A stretch of 64,000 nt of DNA. Source: Thermoanaerobaculia bacterium (lineage in GTDB: Bacteria > Acidobacteriota > Thermoanaerobaculia > UBA5066). Position 1 is the stretch's first letter. The number at the start of each line of letters is the position of its first letter. The position numbers were made by a program, and so were the translations under genes. Location of the stretch: contig JBBRRY010000005.1 of assembly GCA_038245905.1 (NCBI GenBank), forward strand, positions 32,001-96,000. The letters run 5' to 3'. Below the pieces are notes generated by a model, which was given only the letters and a program-made list of their open reading frames with translations, did no database searches and had not been told where the DNA came from. Below are positions 17,367 to 26,807 of this stretch, in pieces.

Positions 17367-18809
17367 CTACTTCTTCGCGGGCGGGGTGATCTTGACGAGA
17401 TTGCCCGGCTCCGGCGTCGGCCGAACCTTTTCGGCAGCCTTCGCCCTGGGCGGCTCTTTTAGCTTCCCGGCCGACGCGTCACGCAGCGCGGACGCCTGGC
17501 GCTTGAGGTCTTCGAGAACGGTCCTGTCGACGAGCATCGGTTCCGGGCGGCCCGTGGCTTCGGCCAGAAATCCCGCGACGCCGGAAGGCGCCTCGAAGAA
17601 GGAAACAACCCGCGCCGGAGCCACCCCTTCGGTCAGGAGCTCGAGCGTGGCGACGGGCTTCTCCTTCGCGGCCTTCCCAGTGCGCCGGGGAAGGAAGGCC
17701 TTGACCTCGGCGCGCGCGACGCTGCTTCCGAGAGCCTCCGCGACATCCGCGGGAATGTCGCGTCCTGCAGAGCGCCACGCCCCGTCCACCTTTTCGGCTC
17801 CCGCCCGGAGCTCGTCCGCCGCGAACGAAACGCGCCGGAGTGCGGGAAGGTCGACCGGCAGGACCTTGCCTTCGCGCCAGGCCGACATCTCTGTGTCGAG
17901 GGACTCGCGGACTCGGTCGCCCACGACGCCGACGACGTTGCCGACCTTCGCGTAGATCTTGCCGCCGGCATCCGCCTTCGCGGACCCGAAGGAGACCGTC
18001 GCGACGACCTCTACGCCCTTCTCGAGCTTCACGGTCGCCCACCCGGGAGCCAGGCCGACGCGGGCCAGGTCCCCCGCGGGAATGGCCGGAAACTCGGAGA
18101 TCCGCTCGCTTGCGAGATCGCTCAGCAGACGGTCGACGAACGCATCCGAGGCTAAGTCCGCGACCGGCTTCTCCATCTTCCAGCCGCCGGCCGCGCGGTC
18201 CGGCTTCGACCCGCGCGCGACGACGACCGTCGCGGGACCCTTCGTGATGGTGAGGCGCGTGATCTCGGCCGACGGCGTCTCGAACAGGGAGTGGTTGCGA
18301 TACTCGTCCACCGGCTTCGTCAGGGCCGCGAGCGGCGCCGCGCGAACGGCCGCGAAACGCGCCCCTTCCGCGGCGGCGGTGGCGTCCGTTCCCGGAATCG
18401 CCTGCCCGAACAGAAATGTCTTCACGGACTTGTCCTTGAACATGAGCGTCGCCTTTGCCTTCGGTGCGTCGAGTCCAAATTCCTTCGGGTCGACGTCGGT
18501 GCGCACCTCGCCGACGACATCGAGCCGCCCGAGGTCGCCCACGAGGTTCTCGGCCGCGAACCCGTCCGCGGGCCCCTCGTGATCGCCCTTGAGCGTCCAG
18601 CGGTTCTTCTCGCGACGCAGAAGCTCCACTTTCGGAAGGCCGGGACGCTCGAGAAGGACCGAGACGACGTCTTCGGCGTTCACGTCCACGAGCCTCTTCG
18701 CCGCCTTCGCCCGCTCCTCGGACGTCGGCTGCTTGCGCTCGAACAACACGACGAACGCGAGGAGCGCGAGGAAGACGCCGCTCAGGATGAGGAGTTTCTT
18801 CGTCGGCAT
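17367..18809 (-). CDS. DUF4340-like membrane-anchored protein of the Gld-like ABC system
   Basis: N-terminal TM, repeated (E/R)FGL..P units, downstream of the GldG-like gene. Confidence 0.75.
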   Translation of the reverse strand: MPTKKLLILSGVFLALLAFVVLFERKQPTSEERAKAAKRLVDVNAEDVVSVLLERPGLPKVELLRREKNRWTLKGDHEGPADGFAAENLVGDLGRLDVVGEVRTDVDPKEFGLDAPKAKATLMFKDKSVKTFLFGQAIPGTDATAAAEGARFAAVRAAPLAALTKPVDEYRNHSLFETPSAEITRLTITKGPATVVVARGSKPDRAAGGWKMEKPVADLASDAFVDRLLSDLASERISEFPAIPAGDLARVGLAPGWATVKLEKGVEVVATVSFGSAKADAGGKIYAKVGNVVGVVGDRVRESLDTEMSAWREGKVLPVDLPALRRVSFAADELRAGAEKVDGAWRSAGRDIPADVAEALGSSVARAEVKAFLPRRTGKAAKEKPVATLELLTEGVAPARVVSFFEAPSGVAGFLAEATGRPEPMLVDRTVLEDLKRQASALRDASAGKLKEPPRAKAAEKVRPTPEPGNLVKITPPAKK

Positions 18810-18816
18810 GGAGCGG

Positions 18817-20325
18817 TCACTTTCTCCGGCGGACCCAGATCGCGATGCCCATGGCGACCGCGGCGAGAGGGAGAAGAAGCATGACCACGAACGCGACCTG
18901 GCCGATGTCGCGCCGCGTGAGCGTCACCGCGACCTGATCCGCGCTTTTCGGAGGAATCGCCACGAGCGATTCCCGCTCGAGGGCCCAGTTCGCCGCCGAG
19001 GACAAGAGCAGGCGGTTCGCGGCGTTCGCGATCCCGGCGTTCGACGCCCAATCCGCGTCGCCGAACACGACGACGCGACCCTTCTTCTTCAAGGGGTCGG
19101 CCGGCTTCACGCTTCCTTCTGGACCCGCTGCCGGAGCGTCGTCCGACTCGGCCGCCGCGGCCAGAGTGACGGGACCCGGGACATCCTTGTCGTCTTTCTG
19201 CGGCTGGCCTGACTTTTCGAGATCCTTGAGGTTCGTCTCGCCCCAGCCGTCGGCCGAAGTCTCGACGAGCGGCGTCGCCTTCCAGCCCGGGACGGGCGCC
19301 TTCGAGAAGCTTACCGATCGCGCGAGCGGGAACACGACCGGCAGCCCCGTGAGGAGCTTCGTGACGGGATGGGCCCGGTAGGACTTCGCGAAGACCGTCT
19401 CGGCTCCCATCATGGGCAGCGCATTCTTCGGGTCCAGCACGACGTCGCTGTCGAGCGTCAGGCCCAGAGAAGAAAGAAGCGGGGCCAGACCGAAATCCGA
19501 GAGCGTGCGGCTTCCTCCCGGAAGGAATTCGACGTCGAGGAACAGGAGGGCGCGGCCTCCGGCGTCGAGGTACTTCTTCAGGGCCTCCCGCTCGGCGTCC
19601 GTAAAGGGTGAGCGCGGACCTGCCACCACGACGAGGTCCGTTCCGACGGGCACGCCGGGAGCACCGAGCGAGGCCCACCCCTCGACGGTGCAGTTGTCGG
19701 CCTTGAGCGATTCGGCGACCTCTGAAAATCCCTCGCGGCTCCGGGCGGCGTCGAACGCGCGCTCCCCGTGACCGGACGTAAAGAGCACCTTCGGGACTTT
19801 CCCCTCTGTGACGGCGAGAATCGCGGACGTGAACTCCTGCTCGCCGCGGAAGTTCTTGACCGACGGATCGCCCCCCATGCGGGCGCGCGCGTAGTCGTAC
19901 TCTACGATCCGATCCTCGGTTACGACCTTTTTCTTGTCGCCCGCCCGAAAGACGACCGCGAGATTTCGAAGGCCCATCTCCTCGACAAACGTTTTCGCGC
20001 GCGCCGGATTGCGCGTCGGATCGAGCGTCTCGACGGTGAGCATCGGGCTCTTTGCCTTGTAGCGCTTGAGAAGCTCGTCGACCTCCGGATAGAGCGGCGT
20101 TCCCGCCGTCATGAAGACCGTGACCTGGACGGGCGTCTTGAGATCCTTGAGGACGTTGACCGTCTTGTCGGAAAGCGAGTAGCGGCCTGTCGTCGTCCAG
20201 TCGAAGCGCTTGTAACGCCTCGAGCCGATGTAGTTCACGAGCACGAGGATACCGAGCCCGAGGACGATGGAGAGCGCGAGCGTCGCGCGATACGTGGACC
20301 GGGAAGGGATCTCTTTTTCCGCCAT
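18817..20325 (-). CDS. GldG-like ABC accessory protein
   Basis: RFDWT..RYSLS..T, FTSGHGE, VVFGDADW, C-terminal TM plus RRRK. Confidence 0.85.
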   Translation of the reverse strand: MAEKEIPSRSTYRATLALSIVLGLGILVLVNYIGSRRYKRFDWTTTGRYSLSDKTVNVLKDLKTPVQVTVFMTAGTPLYPEVDELLKRYKAKSPMLTVETLDPTRNPARAKTFVEEMGLRNLAVVFRAGDKKKVVTEDRIVEYDYARARMGGDPSVKNFRGEQEFTSAILAVTEGKVPKVLFTSGHGERAFDAARSREGFSEVAESLKADNCTVEGWASLGAPGVPVGTDLVVVAGPRSPFTDAEREALKKYLDAGGRALLFLDVEFLPGGSRTLSDFGLAPLLSSLGLTLDSDVVLDPKNALPMMGAETVFAKSYRAHPVTKLLTGLPVVFPLARSVSFSKAPVPGWKATPLVETSADGWGETNLKDLEKSGQPQKDDKDVPGPVTLAAAAESDDAPAAGPEGSVKPADPLKKKGRVVVFGDADWASNAGIANAANRLLLSSAANWALERESLVAIPPKSADQVAVTLTRRDIGQVAFVVMLLLPLAAVAMGIAIWVRRRK

Positions 20326-20326
20326 C

Positions 20327-21073
20327 TCAGCGTCCCTTGTTCGCCTCGAGGGCGCGCGTAGAAAGGAAGAGGAAGAAAACGACGGTCGAGACGACGTAGA
20401 GGATGCGCCGCGTGTCGACGATGCCCCTGGAGAAGTCGTCCATATGTTCGAGGATGTTCAGATACGAGAGAGCGTCGCGCATCTCCGGGAAAGGCAGGAA
20501 GTCTCGCGCGACCCCGATGATGAAGGTGCCGAGGATGAGAACGAACGCGAGAATGGCGGCGACAATCTGGTTTTTCGTGAGCGCCGAGGCGAACGTACCC
20601 GCACTGATGAAGAGCGCCCCGATGAGCGCGATCCCCAGGTAGCCCGCGAGAACGGGACCGAGGTCGAGCCCTCCGAAGCGGGAAAGCAGAAGAGGATAGA
20701 GCGCGGTCGGAACGAAAAGGAACAGAAAGAAGCACCAGGCTCCCGCGAACTTGGCGGCGACGACGGTCGCCTCGGACACGGGCGCCGTCAGAAGCGTCTC
20801 GATCGAGCCCGACCGGCGTTCCTCCGTGAGGAGGCGCATCGCGATGATCGCCGAGACGAGCATCAGGAAGATCCACTGGAACACGTTCGTGAAGAACGTG
20901 GACATGAGGGCCATCCGTGGCGTCTCCGGCGAATTGAGCGCCCCGACGAGCACCATGAACACCCATCCGCTCACGAGCAGGAACGACGTGAGCACGAGAT
21001 AGCCGAGAGGCGAGACGAAGTACGAGAAGAACTCCCGCTTCACGATCGCCACGAAGGCCTTGAACGTGTTCAC
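20327..21073 (-). CDS. ABC-2 permease (GldF-like)
   Basis: KREFFSYFVSP..Y, MRLLTEERRSGSIETLLTAPV, SALTKNQIVA; GTGA overlap with the ATPase. Confidence 0.9.
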   Translation of the reverse strand: MNTFKAFVAIVKREFFSYFVSPLGYLVLTSFLLVSGWVFMVLVGALNSPETPRMALMSTFFTNVFQWIFLMLVSAIIAMRLLTEERRSGSIETLLTAPVSEATVVAAKFAGAWCFFLFLFVPTALYPLLLSRFGGLDLGPVLAGYLGIALIGALFISAGTFASALTKNQIVAAILAFVLILGTFIIGVARDFLPFPEMRDALSYLNILEHMDDFSRGIVDTRRILYVVSTVVFFLFLSTRALEANKGR

Positions 21074-22080
21074 TGCGGCACCGCGGTGCCTTCGGGCGGC
21101 GTCGACGAGTCCCGGTCGATGGCGCCGCGCAGCGTTTCGACTTCGACGGCCGCGTCCCGCGAGACGAGGCGCACGAAGACGTCCTCGAGCGAAGCCTCGC
21201 GAGGCGTGAGCTCGAGAAGAGTCCATCCGCGGAGGACCGACTCCTTGAAGACCGACTCACGAAGGTCCGTTCCCGGCACGCCGTCCAGCATCACACGCGT
21301 CTCGCCTCCGGCGCCGATGCGCGACGCTCCCGCGACACCGGGGAGCTGGCGGAGGATGCTGTCGGCCTCGGGAACCTCGCCCTTCAGCGCGACCGTAACG
21401 CTGGGAGTCTGCGACATCTGGTGGCGAAGGGTCTCGGGAGTCCCGGACGCGACGATCCGTCCCTTGTCGATGATGAGGATGCGGTCGCAAACGAGCTCGA
21501 CCTCGGGAAGAATGTGAGTGGAGAGAAGAATCGTGTGGTCCTGCCGGAGGTCGCGGATGAGCGCGCGGACCTTCACGATCTGCCGGGGGTCGAGCCCGAC
21601 GGTGGGCTCGTCGAGGACGAGGACTTTCGGCTTGTGGACGAGGGCCCCGGCGAGGCCGACGCGCTGCCGATATCCTTTCGAGAGGTTCCCGATGGGCTTC
21701 TCGGCGACGTCGTCGACGAAGCACTTTCCGAGCGCTTCGTCGACGCGCGCCTTGACGTCGCGACCCGCCACACCGCAGAGCTCGGCCCGGAAAGCCACGT
21801 ACTCCCGGACCCGCATTTCCGGGTAGAGGGCGAGCGTCTCGGGCAGGTACCCGAGAGAGCGCTTGGCCAGGATCGGGTTCTCGAGGACGTCCACGTCCGC
21901 CAGCGTGACCCTGCCAGCCGTCGGCCTCAGGAAGCCCGTGATCATGCGCATCGTCGTGGTCTTTCCGGCCCCGTTCGGGCCGAGAAATCCCAGAATCTCG
22001 CCGCTTTCGACACGGAAGCTCACGTCCGTGACGGCGGGCGTTCCGTAAAACGACTTCGAGAGTCCGTGTGCTTCGAGCAT
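21070..22080 (-). CDS. ABC ATP-binding protein (GldA-like)
   Basis: GPNGAGKTT, LSKGYRQR, LDEPTVGLDP, STHIL. Confidence 0.95.
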   Translation of the reverse strand: MLEAHGLSKSFYGTPAVTDVSFRVESGEILGFLGPNGAGKTTTMRMITGFLRPTAGRVTLADVDVLENPILAKRSLGYLPETLALYPEMRVREYVAFRAELCGVAGRDVKARVDEALGKCFVDDVAEKPIGNLSKGYRQRVGLAGALVHKPKVLVLDEPTVGLDPRQIVKVRALIRDLRQDHTILLSTHILPEVELVCDRILIIDKGRIVASGTPETLRHQMSQTPSVTVALKGEVPEADSILRQLPGVAGASRIGAGGETRVMLDGVPGTDLRESVFKESVLRGWTLLELTPREASLEDVFVRLVSRDAAVEVETLRGAIDRDSSTPPEGTAVPQ

Positions 22081-22166
22081 CTCTTTCGGTGACCTCCGCG
22101 CGGGGCCTCGACCGGACACCGCGTCGCCGCCGGCGGGCCGCAGAAGCCGTGGGAATATAGCAGGCC

Positions 22167-23081
22167 TTGAGGGAGAGTGAGAACGTAACTGCGCCCCTCA
22201 GGCGGTCCCTCGCCGTCCTCGCCGCGCTCACCTCCATCGTCATCTGGGCGGTGAACTACCCCGCCATGAAGGTCGCCTTTCGCGAGCTCTCCCCGCTGGC
22301 GTTCACCGGCTGGCGATTCCTTCTCGCCACGACGTTCCTCTTCGCGGAGGCTCTCGTCCGGCGGGAGCCCCTCGTCCCGCCGCCCGGAGCGCGCGGCCTC
22401 GCCCTTCTGCTCGCTCTGTCCGGTGTCGGCCTTTACCAATGGCTCTACGCGCTCGGACTCGCCTCCACGAGCGGTTTTTCCGCGGCCCTCCTGAACTCCG
22501 TCTCTCCGCTCATCGCGATGCTGCTCGTCGTCCTCCTCGGCTGGGAGCACATGTCGAAACTCGCGGGCGCGGGCTCGCTTCTGGCATGGGGCGGTGTTGC
22601 CCTCTTCGTCACCTCGGCCCGCGGCGCGGACTTCGGGAGCACCGCGGGAAACCTCATGTGCCTCGGAGCCGCCACGTCCTGGGCCGTCTACAACGTGGTG
22701 TCGGTCCGCGCCGGCCGGCTGCTCTCGCCTCGCGCCGCCCAGCTCGCGACCTTCGGCGGCGGGACCGTCCTGATTCTAGCGTACGCCCTGCCCGACATGC
22801 TCCGGCAGGACTATGCGCGCGTGAGCCCGTTCACATGGGCGCTCGTCGTTTTTTCGGCGATCCTTCCCCTCGCCGTCGCCTTCCGTCTCTGGCTCGAAGC
22901 CGTGCGTTCGCTCGGCGTCGCGCAGGCGACGAGCTTCGGCTTCCTCGTGCCCGTGCTCGCCGGCATCGCGTCGGCGATATTCACGGGCGAGCGCTTCGAC
23001 GCGCGGAAGGTCTTGTCGGCGGCCGTCGTTCTCTCCGGCCTCGCGCTCATCCGGATCGCGCGAACGAAGGGCACGACCTGA
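22167..23081 (+). CDS. DMT/EamA family transporter
   Basis: IWAVNYPAMK, about 10 TM helices, duplicated EamA pattern, GERF; start uncertain (TTG). Confidence 0.88.
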   Translation: MRESENVTAPLRRSLAVLAALTSIVIWAVNYPAMKVAFRELSPLAFTGWRFLLATTFLFAEALVRREPLVPPPGARGLALLLALSGVGLYQWLYALGLASTSGFSAALLNSVSPLIAMLLVVLLGWEHMSKLAGAGSLLAWGGVALFVTSARGADFGSTAGNLMCLGAATSWAVYNVVSVRAGRLLSPRAAQLATFGGGTVLILAYALPDMLRQDYARVSPFTWALVVFSAILPLAVAFRLWLEAVRSLGVAQATSFGFLVPVLAGIASAIFTGERFDARKVLSAAVVLSGLALIRIARTKGTT

Positions 23082-23140
23082 CCTTTCCTGGAACGTCCTG
23101 TCTCCCCCGCGCTAGGATCGCGGGAATTCACGGAGGTTCG

Positions 23141-24469
23141 ATGTACCGTTCCGTCGCCCGCGTCGTCGATCTCACCGATCCCGCGCTTAACCAGCTCCGG
23201 GGAGTCTCTCTCGCCGAGGCACGAGCGTGCGTCGCTTCGGGCGACGCTGCGGCCGCCTCCGCTCTCGACGGGTCGTACGCCCTCGTAGGCGTGGACGGCA
23301 TCACCGTGCGGCTCGCGCGTTCGCTGGATCGCCCGCTCCGCTACTTCCTCGCGAAGGAGGCGGACGGCCCGATTCTCGTCGTCGCGGACCGGATCGACGC
23401 CGTGCACGACTGGCTGAAAGAGCACGGGCACGGTGATCAGTTCCACCCGAGCTATACGCGCATGGTTCCGGCGCACCACGTCGTCACGCTGCGGCTCGTG
23501 GGCTGCCCGGATCCGGCGCCAACTTATGTGCGGACGTTCACACCGGCACGAAATGTCCTTCCGCAGGACCTCGACGAGATCGGGCGCCTCTACGTCGGGG
23601 CGCTCGCCGACGAGATCGCGAAATGGGTCGAGTCGATTCCCGCCCACGAGCCGATCGGCGTCACCTTTTCCGGCGGCATCGACAGCGGCGCGGTCTTTCT
23701 CGTCACGCACCACGTCCTTCACCACCTCGGCCTCGGTCCCGCGCGCCTCAAGGCCTTCACGCTCTCGGCCGGGAACGGCCCCGACCTCGAGCAGGCCCGC
23801 TGCTTCCTCGACGCGCTGGACCTCGGTTTCTTCCTCGAGCCCGTCGCCGTCGACCCGGCGTCCCTGAATCCCCGGGAGGCTGTCCGTCTCATCGAGGACT
23901 ACAAGCCTCGCGACGTGGAGTCCGCCACGATGGCGCTCGCGCTCTTGCGCGGAATACGGGAGCGTTATCCGGAGTGGCACTTCGTCCTCGACGGCGACGG
24001 CGGCGACGAGAACTTGAAGGACTACCCCATCGAGGAGAATCCGGAGCTCACGATCCGGAGCGTCGTGAACAACCTGATGCTCTACCAGGAGGGTTGGGGC
24101 GTCGGCTCGCTCAAGCACTCCGAAACGTACACGGGCGGCCAGAGCCGTTCCTCGACGCGCACGTACGCGCCCCTACAGGCATGCGGTTTTGCGGGCTTCA
24201 GCCCGTTCACGAGGCCGCGCGTGATCGCGGTGGCCGAAGGAATTCCGTTCGCCGCATTGACGGAAGGGTCCGTCGAGAAGCTCTACGCGCTGAAGGGCGA
24301 GATCGTCTCGCGGGGTGTCCGCGCGATCACCGGCTTCACGATGCCCGTCTTCCCGAAGCGTCGCTTCCAGCATGGCGCCGGAGGGGACGAGGTGTTCGCG
24401 CGCCTCTTCGGCGACACAGAAGCCCAGTACCGCGCCGCGTTCCTCTCGCGATACATCGGCGCCGCGTGA
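23141..24469 (+). CDS. Asparagine-synthetase-like ATP pyrophosphatase lacking the N-terminal Cys glutaminase nucleophile
   Basis: PP-loop FSGGIDSG, DGDGGDE, SPF; N-terminus MYRSVARV rather than MC; SD GGAGG. Confidence 0.8.
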   Translation: MYRSVARVVDLTDPALNQLRGVSLAEARACVASGDAAAASALDGSYALVGVDGITVRLARSLDRPLRYFLAKEADGPILVVADRIDAVHDWLKEHGHGDQFHPSYTRMVPAHHVVTLRLVGCPDPAPTYVRTFTPARNVLPQDLDEIGRLYVGALADEIAKWVESIPAHEPIGVTFSGGIDSGAVFLVTHHVLHHLGLGPARLKAFTLSAGNGPDLEQARCFLDALDLGFFLEPVAVDPASLNPREAVRLIEDYKPRDVESATMALALLRGIRERYPEWHFVLDGDGGDENLKDYPIEENPELTIRSVVNNLMLYQEGWGVGSLKHSETYTGGQSRSSTRTYAPLQACGFAGFSPFTRPRVIAVAEGIPFAALTEGSVEKLYALKGEIVSRGVRAITGFTMPVFPKRRFQHGAGGDEVFARLFGDTEAQYRAAFLSRYIGAA

Positions 24470-25449
24470 TCGACCTCGAAACCGCGGGCCGCGAGGCTCG
24501 GGACGCGTTCGTCCTCGGCCTCCGGCCGCCGCGAAACGCCGTGGACCCATTCCGTCCGTCCGGATTCTTCGTGGAAGAGGAGCCGCGGCGGGGCGGCGGC
24601 ACGGAGCAGGTCGCGACGGTCCTCCTCACGAATCGCGAGTGCCCGTGGCGCTGCGTCATGTGCGACCTCTGGAAAAACACGCTCGAAGGACCGACGTCGA
24701 AAGGCGCGATCCCGGCGCAGATGCGATTCGCGCTCGAGAGGCTGCCCCCCGCGGCCGTCCTGAAGCTCTACAACGCGGGCAGCTTCTTCGACCGCGCGTC
24801 GATCCCGAAAGACGACCACGAGGAGATCGCATCGCTCGCGCGCGGATTCGAGCGCGTGGTCGTGGAATGCCATCCCGCTCTCGTCGGCGATTCGACGCTG
24901 AAGTTTCGCGATCTCCTCGGCGGCCCGGCGCTCGAGGTCGCGCTCGGGCTCGAGACCGCGCACGCGGAGGCGCTCGAGAAGCTCAACAAGGGGATGACGC
25001 TCGAGGACTTCGAGAACGCGAGCCGCTTTCTCGTGGCTCACGGGGTTCGCGTTCGCAGTTTCATCCTCGTAGGAGTTCCTTTTCTTCGGAGGGAAGAATG
25101 GGCGGAGGCGACCCGCGCGAGCATCGACCTTTCCTTCCGGGCGGGCGCCGAAGCCGTCTCGCTCATTCCCACGCGTCTCGGGAACGGCGCGATGGAGGAG
25201 CTGCAGAGAGAAGGACAGTTCGTCACTCCCACGCTTCGGGATCTGGAGACGGCGCTGGAAGATTTCTTTGAAGGGGAAGACGGACGGGGTGGCGCGCCGA
25301 GTTTCGTTCTCGCGGATCTCTGGGACGCCGACGCTCTTCCGGCGCCTCCCTGTTGCTCGGCCGCCCGCATCGAGCGCCTCCGCTCCATGAACCTCCTTCA
25401 AAGAAATCTTCCTCCCTCTCCCTGCTCGTCGGGCCGCCATCCTTCGTGA
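24466..25449 (+). CDS. Radical SAM protein, RaSEA/TIGR01210-like
   Basis: CPWRCVMC; KLYNAGSFFD, VECHP, LEVALGLETA, LNKGMTLEDF, ILVGVPFL, VSLIPT parallel RaSEA-family motifs; GTGA overlap. Confidence 0.8.
   Translation: MIDLETAGREARDAFVLGLRPPRNAVDPFRPSGFFVEEEPRRGGGTEQVATVLLTNRECPWRCVMCDLWKNTLEGPTSKGAIPAQMRFALERLPPAAVLKLYNAGSFFDRASIPKDDHEEIASLARGFERVVVECHPALVGDSTLKFRDLLGGPALEVALGLETAHAEALEKLNKGMTLEDFENASRFLVAHGVRVRSFILVGVPFLRREEWAEATRASIDLSFRAGAEAVSLIPTRLGNGAMEELQREGQFVTPTLRDLETALEDFFEGEDGRGGAPSFVLADLWDADALPAPPCCSAARIERLRSMNLLQRNLPPSPCSSGRHPS
25261..25274 (-). repeat. Dispersed motif CCTTCAAAGAAATC (exact copy)
   Basis: Plus strand ggaaGATTTCTTTGAAGGggaagac inside the radical SAM CDS. Confidence 0.85.
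25395..25408 (+). repeat. Dispersed motif CCTTCAAAGAAATC (exact copy)
   Basis: CCTTCAAAGAAATCttcctccctctccc; inverted partner of 25261-25274. Confidence 0.85.
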
Positions 25450-26807
25450 AAGAGCTCTTCGATGTCGCGATCGTCGGGTCCGGCTTCGCGGGCTCGCTCC
25501 TCGCGCTCGTCGCGCGTCGCATCGGCCTTTCGGTCGTTCTCCTCGAAAAGGGATCGCATCCGCGCTTCGCGATCGGCGAGTCCACGTCTCCGCTCACGAA
25601 CCTGATGCTCGAGAGTCTCGCGACCCGCTACGATCTGCCGCGCCTCCTCCCTCTGACGAAGTGGGGCCTCTGGCAGGCGACGTACCCGGGGATCGGCGCA
25701 GGCCTGAAACGCGGATTTACGTTCTTCGGCCACGAGGACGGGCGTCCCTTCGCGAACCTCGGCAACGGCCGCGACCGGCATCTCGTCCCCGCGAGTCCCC
25801 GCGACGCGATCGCCGACACACACTGGTACCGCCCCGACGTCGATGCGTTCCTCGTGAAGGAGGCTGCGGACGCCGGCGTCGATTATCGCGATCGCTTCGC
25901 TCTTGACGCCGTCGACCGGAGCGGGGCCGTCTGGGACATCGAGGGTCGGCGGGACGACGCGCCCGCCACGTTTTCGGCGCGCTTCCTCGTGGATGCGACG
26001 GGCCGCGAGACCGCTCTCGCGAGGACTTTCGGCGCTCCACTCGCCTTCTCCGCCGGCATGCCCGCCACGCAGGCTCTCTTCTCCCATTTCGCGGGCGTGA
26101 GGCGCCTCGACTCGATGGCGGAATTCCGGACCACGACCGCACCCCCCTATCCGCTCGACGACGCGGCCGTGCATCACATCTTCGAGGGAGGCTGGATCTG
26201 GGTGCTTCGTTTCGCGAACGGGATCACGAGCGCGGGCGTCGCCGCGACGGAGGCGCTCGCCCGAGACCTCGATTTCGCCGCGGGTGGGCCTGCATGGAGG
26301 AGGCTCCTCGACCGCTTTCCCACGATTCGCGCCCAGTTCAGCGAGGCGCGTGCTCTCCGGGCTTTCGATCACTGTCCGCGGGTCGCGTTCCGGCGGGCCC
26401 GCGCGGCAGGCCTCGGGTGGGCGCTTCTTCCCTCCGCGGCCGCCTTCGCCGACCCGCTCCTCTCGACAGGCTTCCCCCTGACGCTGCTCGGGATCGACCG
26501 CCTCGCGAGCGCTTTCAAGGAAGACTTCGGAACGCCCCGGTTCGACTCGCGCCTTCGGGATTACGAATCGAACACGCTCCAGGAGGCGGACCGCACCGCC
26601 GCGTTCGTCGGATCGCTCTACCGTGTCCTCGGCGACTTTCCGCGCTTCGTCGAACGCGCGTCGCTCTATTTCAGGGCTGCGGAATCCGTGGAGTCGATCG
26701 CCCGCGCACACCTCTCGGGCGACCCCTCGCGCCCGATCGCATTCCTCGACCTGCCGGAGCAAATCGAGGTCAGCGCCTCTTGCGCGACTTCTTCGGCGCC
26801 TTCTTGA
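25446..26807 (+). CDS. Flavin-dependent halogenase-like protein (PrnC-type)
   Basis: GSGFAG, HPRFAIGES, GLKRGF (catalytic Lys position), GWIWVL, FADPLLSTG; GTGA overlap. Confidence 0.8.
   Translation: MKELFDVAIVGSGFAGSLLALVARRIGLSVVLLEKGSHPRFAIGESTSPLTNLMLESLATRYDLPRLLPLTKWGLWQATYPGIGAGLKRGFTFFGHEDGRPFANLGNGRDRHLVPASPRDAIADTHWYRPDVDAFLVKEAADAGVDYRDRFALDAVDRSGAVWDIEGRRDDAPATFSARFLVDATGRETALARTFGAPLAFSAGMPATQALFSHFAGVRRLDSMAEFRTTTAPPYPLDDAAVHHIFEGGWIWVLRFANGITSAGVAATEALARDLDFAAGGPAWRRLLDRFPTIRAQFSEARALRAFDHCPRVAFRRARAAGLGWALLPSAAAFADPLLSTGFPLTLLGIDRLASAFKEDFGTPRFDSRLRDYESNTLQEADRTAAFVGSLYRVLGDFPRFVERASLYFRAAESVESIARAHLSGDPSRPIAFLDLPEQIEVSASCATSSAPS

Noticed and set aside
17367-22080. Gliding motility machinery
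   Set aside because: GldAFG-like ABC systems with DUF4340 are widespread outside Bacteroidota; no other gld or spr genes here
25261-25408. MITE or IS bounded by 14-bp terminal inverted repeats
   Set aside because: The interior is in-frame radical SAM coding sequence, unrelated to the interiors of other pairs; no target-site duplication or transposase seen
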